From Schmidtea nova (taxonomy: Eukaryota): 64,000 nucleotides of DNA. A program made the translations under genes and the position numbers. The notes below the pieces were generated by a model that searched no databases, had not been told where the DNA came from, and was given only the letters and a program-made list of their open reading frames with translations. The stretch is from positions 157,976,001 to 158,040,000 of the forward strand of contig CM097883.1 in the NCBI GenBank assembly GCA_044892505.1. The letters are read 5' to 3'. Below, piece by piece: positions 18,367-27,863 of the stretch (position 1 is the first letter of the stretch; every line of letters starts with the position of its first letter).

Positions 18367-19470
18367 ATGGGAAACGTCGAAATCAGTTTACAAGAAGTTA
18401 CCGCACATCAAGATGAAGTTATTTGTGAGCATTTAGAACAAATTGAAAGTTGGATCCACGCATATTACCACAAACAAAAAGAAGTAGAAAGACAAGCCGA
18501 ACAAATAACAGAAGCCAAAAGATTAAAGCGATTAAGTCAAGATAAAATAGACGAATTATATGAATTATTGGAGAAACAAAAAGAATATTATAAAAAGATG
18601 ATGAAAGAACGACGAGAAGAAAGAGAGCGAGAACGAACAGAAATGGAACGGAAAATGTACTCCATTACCGAGCAAGCAAGATATTGGAAAAAAGAAGCGA
18701 AAGAATCTTATACGAAAGCAAGAGAAATAATCGAAAGAACGGCGTACAGCGATGATTGGAAATTATTTGAAGAAATCGATAAATTAAAAGAGGAATTAGA
18801 ACAGAAAACCTATCAGGAAATATCGAGCAAAAAATGGAATAAAAAAAGACAACAATTCATCAGAGAGCAAGCAGGAAAAATTAAACAACTTATGCACCAG
18901 ATTGAAAGATCGGAAAGAGAATTATATTTCAGTAAACAACAATCAGATGCAAACCTCAGAGCAGGGATGCAGAAAGAGGAAGATATGAAGCGCGATATTA
19001 ATGGTTATCAAGGAGTAATCACTCAAAAGAAGATAGAATTAAAGAAAACTAAAGAAAGATTAGAAGAAGCAAAACAAAGCTATGAAGAAAATTTATTAAA
19101 ATTAAAAGAAGCAAAACAAAGCTATGAGGAAAATTTAGTAAATTTAACCAAAGAAAATGAAGAGTTGAAACAAAAATTGATACAAAAATTAACACCACCA
19201 AAAGAGATAGATATCACCAAAGCAGTAATAAAAATGATGGAAGAGGAAGAGAAAAACAATAAAATAACAGAATTAGAAAAACAGATCGAAGCGTTAACAG
19301 AACAATCAAATTATTTAGAATACCTGTTAGACGAAGAAATTCAATTGTCACACTTCTATCGAGATGAAGTAACAATGTGGAGAAACACGATAGTATGGTT
19401 ACCACTCCCTACGAATCAAGTGGAACCTCAAGATGAAGGTTTTCACGAACCCAATGAGTCGTTAGTTTAA
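18367..19470 (+). CDS. 367-aa long coiled-coil protein of unknown function
   Basis: E/K-rich heptads, internal 11-aa duplication EAKQSYEENL; TTATAG|AAAATG context. Confidence 0.7.
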   Translation: MGNVEISLQEVTAHQDEVICEHLEQIESWIHAYYHKQKEVERQAEQITEAKRLKRLSQDKIDELYELLEKQKEYYKKMMKERREERERERTEMERKMYSITEQARYWKKEAKESYTKAREIIERTAYSDDWKLFEEIDKLKEELEQKTYQEISSKKWNKKRQQFIREQAGKIKQLMHQIERSERELYFSKQQSDANLRAGMQKEEDMKRDINGYQGVITQKKIELKKTKERLEEAKQSYEENLLKLKEAKQSYEENLVNLTKENEELKQKLIQKLTPPKEIDITKAVIKMMEEEEKNNKITELEKQIEALTEQSNYLEYLLDEEIQLSHFYRDEVTMWRNTIVWLPLPTNQVEPQDEGFHEPNESLV

Positions 19471-19544
19471 AGAGAAGCGAAAATTCTTTGTAAATATCTG
19501 TAACATAACAATGTCAAACTGTATTGACAAATTTGTAAAGTGAA

Positions 19545-20108
19545 ATGAAGAAGCTCGCAATACTGATAATCCTAAACGTAATCGAAATCACCCAACAAAG
19601 AGAAGACCGTCCGATATCAAAAGAAAACCTACAAGTCTTACCCGATAAAATCTATAAAGAAATAGATGATCTATTAAAAGAAGCAACTAAAGAAATTTCT
19701 CAAATTCAATTGTCAACAGCACCTAACCCAGTATCAACGCAACAAACCCTGTGCAAAATCAATAACAAATTAGAGAAGATTCGAAAAACCCTGAAAGAAA
19801 GTAAAGAAACTATAAAGAATTTACATCAAGCAGAAATTCAATACCAAGAAAGATGGATCGTTGCGATTATAATCGTATTAACAATTAGTACAACAACCAG
19901 CGCAATTACCATTCTCATCGCAGTATATAGAATAAAGATCCTAAAACAAAAACAATCGATCATCAATCAAACAACAGCATACGATGACAATGCCCGAAGA
20001 CAAATGAGAAATCAGTTCAACAGAATACGAACCCAATACGAGTTACCAGCAATTCCACAGAACCAGTCCAATCCAGTGCGAGTTATGAACTATTTGTATA
20101 AACCATAA
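19545..20108 (+). CDS. 187-aa predicted type I membrane protein
   Basis: Signal MKKLAILIILNVIEIT; TM WIVAIIIVLTISTTTSAITILIAVY; tail containing YELP. Confidence 0.7.
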   Translation: MKKLAILIILNVIEITQQREDRPISKENLQVLPDKIYKEIDDLLKEATKEISQIQLSTAPNPVSTQQTLCKINNKLEKIRKTLKESKETIKNLHQAEIQYQERWIVAIIIVLTISTTTSAITILIAVYRIKILKQKQSIINQTTAYDDNARRQMRNQFNRIRTQYELPAIPQNQSNPVRVMNYLYKP

Positions 20109-20280
20109 ATACGTGACAAAATATTTGATTAACAATTATCTGAATTTTCTATATTTTCTTCGTGATTACGTATAGACTAAACTCACCTTATGTGAATCTT
20201 TACACTTATGTATCAAACGTAGAATTTTTTATGAATGTTAAGTAAGTAATATTGTATAATTAATTGCGGGACGCAATTTT

Positions 20281-20296
20281 AGGGGTCCCCGAGTGA
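20281..20296 (+). promoter_or_regulatory. Polypurine-tract position (imperfect, AGGGGTCCCCGAGTGA)
   Basis: Immediately precedes the TG start of the 3' LTR; only partly purine-rich. Confidence 0.5.
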
Positions 20297-20654
20297 TGTT
20301 GGATCCACCATTTAGTCCACATGTAACATAAATAATAGGAATAATAAGAAATAAATAAGAATAAATTAAAATTAAAATAATTACCAGAATTTCAGAAAAA
20401 ACGAATTAAAATGTAATAAAGAATATTAATTTAATATCAAAAATTGGAAGAAAGTAAATGGAAAATGTAAAAGTGTTAAAGAAACAATGATATTTAATTG
20501 TATTTAAGGCAAAATAAAGAAATAATAAAGAAAAAGAATTACAGAATATTAAAAATCAAAAACAACAAATTAGTAGCAATTTAAAGCAAATCAATCGATT
20601 TGATTTTTAATGTAATTTATTATTTGTGCTGATCTGATGCTCAGCTTCACGCTG

Positions 20655-20856
20655 ATTGGTCCAAGCTTTGATCTGATCAGTATATATACTGATACAGATC
20701 CAGATAATTTTAATGTTTTTATATGCTTTTTAGTTATTGAAAATATTCAAATTTGAGATCATTCTTAAACCAAAGGTATGGATTATTGATTGTTTTTATT
20801 TGTATAATTTTATTGTGGAGTTCTGACATTGCCATTATGTTTATCCAATTAATAAA
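20655..20856 (+). promoter_or_regulatory. LTR core promoter and poly(A) signal: reverse CCAAT (20655), TATA (20681), splice donor AAG|GTATGG (20776), AATAAA (20851)
   Basis: Motif order typical of a U3-R region; positions read from the sequence, function inferred. Confidence 0.5.
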
Positions 20857-21935
20857 ATGTTTTTCGAATATGATTTATTTTTTTTTGTTGTTGAATATAG
20901 ACTTCTTATAAATATAAGCTTCTTCCACTGTGCAATCAGTGGTAGGAGACGACTTTATATATATATTTATATCTTTTATTGAGCTTCTTCCATCGTGTAA
21001 TCGGTGGAAGGAGGCAACAATATCAGTTTATATTAACAACTAACAAGTATATAATTTTGGAAGTAATGTTTGAGTCGAGCTTCTTCCACTGTGAAATCAG
21101 TGGAAGGAGGCGAATATATATTATTTATATACCGTAGTTATAGTAGAAAATTACGTATGATTTAAGGGGCTCCGTTCACCGTGCAATCGGGAACATGGAG
21201 GCATACTGTGCCGAGTAGAAACGACTGCTCCGTACAGTTAGGCCGTCCGACCGGTGTAAAGCGCCGTGACGAGGGTAGGAATTCTTATTTAACAATGATT
21301 TTTAACCCTAATTTTCACTGGATAGTATAGCCAGTTGAAGTTTTATTTTATAATCGATTTAAATTTTTTGAGTTTATAGTTAAGTTGAGTTTTGATTTTA
21401 GTTTGAGACAGATATAGCTGTGATTTTATTAATCTGATTTTACCTTGAGATTCACAGAGTGTTAGCATACATTTTTCGATTGTCACATCTGGGGTTTGTG
21501 GGCATAAAGCAGCAGATACACGGTTAAGAATTTGTACAAAATATAATTTTAATAACAACATAAAAATCGATAACTCTAATAACGTAGTGATCTACTACGC
21601 AAGTAACATAGCAGCAATAGGCTATAGGTTCAAACATTCCACATAACTAATTAAACATAATTGCTTATCCTGAACCCTGTACATAGGGCAGTGGATCTTA
21701 GTTTATTTTAATAATTTTCCTATCCTGATTGCTGTATATAGCACAGGCGTAACTAAATAAAATGCATTATGAAATAAATGTATCTGATCGCTGTATATAG
21801 CGACAGTGTTGAAAGTGTAATAGGTAAATCATTTTCTTTTCCTCAATTTAGCAATTAATAACTGTCAAAGGTATGAGAATCGTTCGAATCAAGACTGCCA
21901 ATTTCATGTTAATAAACCATTTTGAATTTTAGAAA

Positions 21936-22526
21936 ATGTCAGCCAACACAGCAACTAATCAAGCCGAATTAGATAAAGCATGGAGGATAATTCGCAGCCT
22001 CGAAAAGGAAATGCTGCGAAAATCAGAGAAAATAAAAGAAGCCGATGGAATAATTTCCAACCTAAAGAAAAGCTGGTTCAGTCCAGAGCAGATGAAAATA
22101 CAAATTACGAAAACTCAACGATCACAGCGAGCTAACAGCGAACTGCAAATGGAATTAGACGCGACGAAGATGGAATTAAAGAAATGCCTAAAATCGGTAA
22201 CGGCATCGTATTTAACTCAAGAGCTCAGCCAGCTCATTCAACCAATCACTTATCAGCATTGGGCTGACGAGAAAGCAGGATGCACAAAAGGAACGAACAC
22301 CGAGGAACCCTCTCAGGTTCAAGCAACAACAGCAGCCAGTACACCAAAGAACCCGATAAATCCAGAAGTCAAGAAGAAAAAGAAGAGTAAGATGGGCGCA
22401 CGTCAGCGTCGCTGGAAGAAACAAGTTCTTCAGCAATTGGCTCAACAATCCAAAGAAATTCCAGAAATTGATTTGACCATGAATTTTGCAATATCAGATG
22501 AAGACATTACCAAATACTTTGAATAG
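21936..22526 (+). CDS. LTR-encoded 196-aa protein: coiled coil plus Lys/Arg-rich motif
   Basis: Intact ORF conserved in both LTRs; KKKKKSKMGARQRRWKK; acceptor TTTTAG|AAAATG. Confidence 0.7.
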   Translation: MSANTATNQAELDKAWRIIRSLEKEMLRKSEKIKEADGIISNLKKSWFSPEQMKIQITKTQRSQRANSELQMELDATKMELKKCLKSVTASYLTQELSQLIQPITYQHWADEKAGCTKGTNTEEPSQVQATTAASTPKNPINPEVKKKKKSKMGARQRRWKKQVLQQLAQQSKEIPEIDLTMNFAISDEDITKYFE

Positions 22527-23132
22527 GAATTTTGTGATTTAGCTGTTTTCGCGTATTAAATAATTTTTGTTTTGTATTTATTTTATCGTAAAGTATATGA
22601 AATAGAGTGATTCATTAAAAATTTAAAATAATTTAAAGGAAAATATAGAATAAATTAACTATACATTAGAATTAACAATAAGATTAACCTAAATCTAATA
22701 AACAATAGAAACATTAAAGAGATAATAAATTGTAATTGATTAAGGATTATTTGTTGATATTGTAAAGAAGGGGGCTGAAAGAAAAGTTGAGAGTTGAAAG
22801 ATAGTGTAAAGAAAAGGGGGCTAAAAGAAATAATTGAAATGAAAGATAATGGATGCGGATAGATTAAAGTTAAAGCGTAAGTCCTTCTATCGGCAGCGAG
22901 ACGAACCCGTGAACATAAATGGGGAGTAGTTTTAGCAATAGAGCTCACCTGCCCATCATTGTTCAAACACCTTGCACATTTCCAACTCGATTATTACAGG
23001 GAAATGATCGAGGGTGCTCGTGTGATATGTAAGCATTTTATGTGAGGTTTTGGATGGAGGAATCCCTAGAGCGTTTAAGAATAATTATTAATTCATTTTG
23101 TAATTTTGTTTTAACCCAATCCGAAACCAACA

Positions 23133-24427
23133 TTTGCGATGAATTCATAGAAATCTTGGGATGTTATGTGAGAAGCAAAATAAACACAGAATTGAAAGAA
23201 GCAAAATATTTTTCCATTGTAGTAAATTCTACGCCTGATATTTCACATGTAGACCAATTAACGATAATTATTAGATATGTGAAAAGAGATGGAATTTCGG
23301 TAGAAAGATTTTTGTGCTTTTTAGATAACACTGGTCATAAGAGCTTCGAAATGGAGGAATCAGTTATTAAAACATTGTCTCACTTCGGTATAAATTTACA
23401 AGATTGTCGCGGGCAATTTTATGACAATGCTGCTAATATGTCGGGAGTCTATAATGGCCTGCAAGCTCGTATTAGAGCCAAAAATGAATTTGCAATTTAT
23501 GTTCCATGTGCTGCACATTCGTTAAATGTAATTGGTGAAAGCTCAGCAGAATGTTGTCAAGAAGCGACTAAACTATTTATGCTTGTACAAAATTTATACG
23601 CTTTTTTTCGGTGTCCACGTCTAGGTGGGAATTATTAAAAAAGGAGATAGGACCAAAAGGCCTTGTTCCAAAAAGAATATGTGATACTCGGTAGTCTGCT
23701 AGAGCAGATGCAGTTAAAGCACTTAAATTAGGATATGAGTCTTTTTAAAAGGCACTACAAAACATTATTAATGATATAACGAAAAAACCAGTTGAAAAAA
23801 TAGAAGCCCAGGGACTATTAAAACAATTAAATTTTCTTGAAACCGGTATAATAGAAATTACGTTAAGAATATTTATGAGTATAGGATTAACTAACTGTTC
23901 AGGTGAAAGATCTTTTTCGCTTCTAAAAAGATTAAAAAATCATCTTCGTTCTTCCTTGCGACAAGAAAATTTAAATAATTTAAGTATATTAGCCATTGAG
24001 TCTGAATTTTTTGAAAGTATTGACTGTGAAGAAATAGTTGATAGTTTTGCAAGACATAAATCTAGAAAGAAAAAAATATTGTAATCGTTTTTCTTCATTA
24101 TACATATTAATTCTATTTAATGTTATATTTTGATATTTATGTTTGAAAGAAATTTATTTTTTTCTTAATTTTTTTGTTTAAAGAAAACATTAGACTGTTG
24201 AATTTTTGTAAGCTAATGTTAATTTAATATTATTTTTTATTGTTTTTTTTGTTCGTTTGTTAACCTAGCCATTGAAATAAAATGATGTAATATATAATAT
24301 TAATATATGTTTATGCAATAATGTGTAATATTATTTATAAACATAATATATTTTTGTAAAAATTGTTTTTTTAGGGGCGCATTATAGTTTATAGCACAGG
24401 GGCGACAAATTTCTAAAGACGCCTTTG
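23133..24427 (+). mobile_element. 3' part of a decayed hAT transposon, interrupted by the giant LTR element
   Basis: FSIVVNSTPDISHVDQL, DCRGQFYDNAANMSG, YVPCAAHSLN, dimerisation motif CSGERSFSLLKRLKNHLRS; stops and an internal deletion; TIR-like end ...TCTAAAGACGCCTTTG. Confidence 0.85.
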
Positions 24428-24911
24428 CCAGCCGAATAATTTTCTGCACACCTGAAATTTTTCAATTTTTTTCTCCAAATTTTCAGAACTTTTTACTTTT
24501 TGTTCTATGAAAATCAGATTTTGCGATTGCAAATTTGGTAATTTTTTTGCTGGGAATTTCGAGGATCAATAACAAGGATAAACGTGAAAAGTTTTAAATT
24601 AAATTAAAATTTTTTTTTATTATTATAACTTGTTTGGAGTTTTAATTTTATTCAATTAAAAATATTTTCAAAAAATTTGGCAGTTTTTCTTTTTCCAACA
24701 AATAATTTCCAACATAAATTTTCTGCCGCTCATGTTGTGAAAATATTAGAGGGAACGTTGCTGATAATATCAATTTTCAAAATATAATAGTGTAAACAAA
24801 ATATTAACAATTATAACAAAACTAGCAAATATAATATTTAACAAATAAATAAAAGACATATTAAATCGTATCATAAATATTTTATAAAATAAAATAACTG
24901 TAAAGTCACTG

Positions 24912-25094
24912 TCAGTGTATTTCTTTAAGTAGTTTTGATCTAAGTTTCATTTGAGAAAGAATAGAGTCCATCTCTTTATAATCACGAATAATCCCATAAG
25001 GTCTTAAATGATATATAAAAAATTCGAGAACGTACATATCATGAGGTGCGACGTAGTGGAATGTTACTGAATCATCACTGCAGCAATTTGGACC
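24912..25094 (-). CDS. C1GALT1: Core 1 beta-1,3-galactosyltransferase, last coding exon
   Basis: AG|GPNCCSDDSVTFHYVAPHDMYVLEFFIYHLRPYG...EIH*; phase 0 matches the upstream exon. Confidence 0.9.
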   Translation of the reverse strand, partial: GPNCCSDDSVTFHYVAPHDMYVLEFFIYHLRPYGIIRDYKEMDSILSQMKLRSKLLKEIH

Positions 25095-26141
25095 CTAGAA
25101 AGCAAATAAAATTCTAATTCACAACATAACTGATGGCATATTTAAATAAATAAATGGAAAAGTCAAACAATTGAAATGTATTTCGAGAAGATGATCCACA
25201 TCATCAGTCTGATAAATCAGTCAATGCTAAATACCAATAAAGATGCAATATCTATGATTTTAGCAATTCATCAAATAACAATAAATTAGTTTCTGATTAA
25301 ATATCAATTGGGCGATTTCAAAGTTTTTTAAAAAATTTTTAAATTTTTACAATTTTTTTATTTTCAGAAATATTTTTCAGACAATTCAACTTGCTATTTC
25401 TGTGCAGGGATGACGGAACTTGCACATGCGACTTACACAGCGGATCAAAAACTAAACTCATTGGGGTTTCAGATTGAATACTAAACTAAATTAACAAATA
25501 TAATAATTTAAAAGCTTTTTTTTAAATCTCCTAGAAGTTTTTAATATTTTCAACAGATAAAATTTCAAAAAAAATATTTTTCTTACAAATTAAAAGTAAA
25601 ATATAAAATTATTTTATGCATTTTCATCTATTTAGCTTCATCAGTTGACATTTTATATTGAAGCGTTTCCTTCGAGATAACACCACAGCTGCCAAGTAAT
25701 TTGGAAAAAAATATTAAATATAATATATAATACGAAATTCGAACAATGCTGAGCGTTATATGAGAATTACTTTGTCCCATATAACTCCTTGAAGAATCAG
25801 TTACAGCAATATGTTAGCAATGAATATCCTTACCATATTAGCAATCACTCATATGATCCATGGGTTCAATTTATATTCCCATGGAATAATTATTTGTGCA
25901 CTGTAATATTTTGTATTTTTATATATTTTTAATTTGTGAGCTGAAACCCGTGAAAACTTACCTTACGTACTTTCATAGATCAGGAATTATATCTTTTCTA
26001 TATTATTATATTTTAAAAATACTCCCATAACGACAAACAATTAATTTTTATGTTTTTATTTATTTTCAATAATAATATTTTACTACAGCATTTTATGATT
26101 TATTTACTAAAAATGTTAAGTATAATGTTGTGTAACTAGAC

Positions 26142-26755
26142 CAGGAGTGGGCAAAATTTTTTTAACAAAGGGCCGCTTTGGTATATGCCCTATACAAAGT
26201 GGGCCGCATCAGCACAACTCACCTCATTGACACGTATTTTACATTGATAACAATAATCATATATAATGTACGTCGTCTCGTGCTTGACATTGGAGGCGCT
26301 TCTCCCAGGTTTGATTTTGTAATTTTAAATCTGTTATTTATTTTATTCATGCTCATTACTGGTCCCACTCTTTATATATTTTATAGCCCTTCCTAAATAG
26401 AAAGATTGATTTATTCACTTTTTAAAACATTTTAAACTCATTTATTATCCTGTCTTAGGTTCCATATCCTCCACTATCTGACCAAGTGTTATTGGTTATA
26501 AATTATCCATACTGTCATCGAACTCTCACTAATAAGAAAATTTTTATTAAAAAGACCCTTGTTTTTCTTGTAGAGTAGAATTACATAATTTTTGTAACAT
26601 TTTAAAACATAGCTGTCATTGGTTTGAAATGTGATAGTTCAGTCTTAACTTGCATTAATTCTTGTGTTGTTTTTGACATCAGAACATGACAATCTTAATA
26701 AACAAAACCGGACTTCTATTCAAATCATTGACCGGCCGTAGTTTTCCCACCCCTG
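26142..26755. mobile_element. Non-autonomous hAT-type element
   Basis: TIRs CAGGAGTGGGCAAA / TTTTCCCACCCCTG; degenerate 8-bp flanks AACTAGAC / AACTAACC. Confidence 0.65.
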
Positions 26756-26911
26756 AACTAACCCATATTGTATTAAAAAACTTATAAATTAAAAAAATGA
26801 TTTTCCTGTAAAATTTTATATATGAAAATTTGCGAATATATAATCCTTTATTTATTCCATGAACTTCAATATTCTAGAAAAAGTTGATCCAGGGATTTCA
26901 AACCTACACAA

Positions 26912-27193
26912 TTGCTGAATTATACTTGCGATCAAAAATTAAGCGAGTCAGTACTAAATCTGTTTGAAGTGTTGCGAAGACTTGCAACCTTTCACGTATC
27001 AGTAGCAAGCAAAGTGCGAAATTTCTCAAAATTAAAATTAATTAAAACATATTTTCAAACTACGGTGGCTCAGGTTGTGTTAGACTGTTTAATAACAATT
27101 TCCATTGAACGCAGGGTATTAAATAAAGTTGTCAATGAAGATTTGATTGAAACATTCGCTAAGATAAAGGCCCGTAAAGCTAAATTTCAGTAA
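26912..27193 (+). pseudogene. hAT transposase C-terminal dimerisation-domain remnant
   Basis: VSVASKVRNFSKLKLIKTYF...LITISIE...FAKIKARK. Confidence 0.75.
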
Positions 27194-27705
27194 TTGATCT
27201 TAATGTAAGGTGTAGAGTAGTCTTAAGTTTTTAGTCCTCAGTCTTTTGGACGCAAGTTGAAGAATAGACCTAGGGATGCCGTATACCTTTGAATCGGCGC
27301 TGATGCAGAAATTTTTCATTTTTTTTGTTAATACTTTTTTACCATTTAAAAATGTGTCTGTATTATTTTATGATATAGACGGAGGGAGGCACTAAAATTA
27401 GACTTTTTAAAGGGGGTCTTAATTAACATTAAATTTGGAAAACACTGATTTTTTTTCAAAACAATTAATAATCTTACACTATAAGAAACTCTGAAACATA
27501 CCCGAGAGTCGGTTTTGCTATTCTATGGGATAACATCATTTTTAGATATTTTAGAGTAATAGAAAAATATTCAAGCACAACATAATAGTGTATCAATAAA
27601 AATTTTAAGGATAACCACATATTATCGGCACAACCTTTATTAAGTGTTAATCAAAGTAATCAATAGTTAAAAGAAAATTAAAAATTATATTCAACTAAAA
27701 CTTAC

Positions 27706-27863
27706 GAAACGTAATTTATGATAGTTATAACTATACATCCAAGGAACGTTTTTCATGTGACTTTCTAAAATCATAGTCGATGGAGGTAAAGGATGAAATC
27801 TTTCTCTGTCCTCTTCATCTAAACTGTCAATTATTTTTACCCCTACAGCTTCAAGACATTTTC
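27706..27863 (-). CDS. C1GALT1: Core 1 beta-1,3-galactosyltransferase, internal exon
   Basis: AG|(G)KCLEAVGVKIIDSLDEEDRERFHPLPP...WMYSYNYHKLRF|GTAAGT; phase 1 in, phase 0 out. Confidence 0.9.

Larger units (their letters stand above)
1..23132 (+). mobile_element. Giant LTR retroelement / endogenous retrovirus-like element (5' end outside window; ~25 kb inferred); encodes Gag, envelope glycoprotein and protease but no RT/RNase H/integrase
   Basis: 1-963 repeats directly at 22170-23132 (offset 22169, 4 substitutions counted). PBS follows the left copy. The right copy starts TGTTGG (20297) and ends CCAACA (23132). Gag CCHC knuckles and a DTG protease lie in the internal polyprotein. Confidence 0.95.
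20297..23132 (+). repeat. 3' LTR, 2836 bp
   Basis: 6-bp terminal inverted repeat TGTTGG/CCAACA; last 963 bp duplicated at window start; hAT sequence resumes at 23133. Confidence 0.9.

Noticed and set aside
4322-19405. Many minus-strand ORFs opposite the polyprotein and accessory genes
   Set aside because: F/L/S-rich shadows expected from an extremely A-rich plus strand; no motifs
20918-21202. Hairpin repeats with unique spacers resembling a CRISPR array
   Set aside because: Eukaryotic LTR context, irregular low-complexity spacers (32, 63, 57 bp), repeats vary by covariation, no cas genes
21215-21280. Twister-ribozyme-like look of CCGGTGTAAAGCGCCG...GAGGG
   Set aside because: I could not build the required pseudoknots; two simple hairpins explain the sequence. 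An Rfam covariance search would settle it.
23042-23638. 198-aa ORF as a real gene (also 873-1112)
   Set aside because: GTG-started chimera: LTR end read into hAT transposase, or into the PBS region
25380-25930. Short plus-strand open stretches that look exon-like (also 30090-30690 and 31860-32030)
   Set aside because: No consistent splice phases or recognisable protein family
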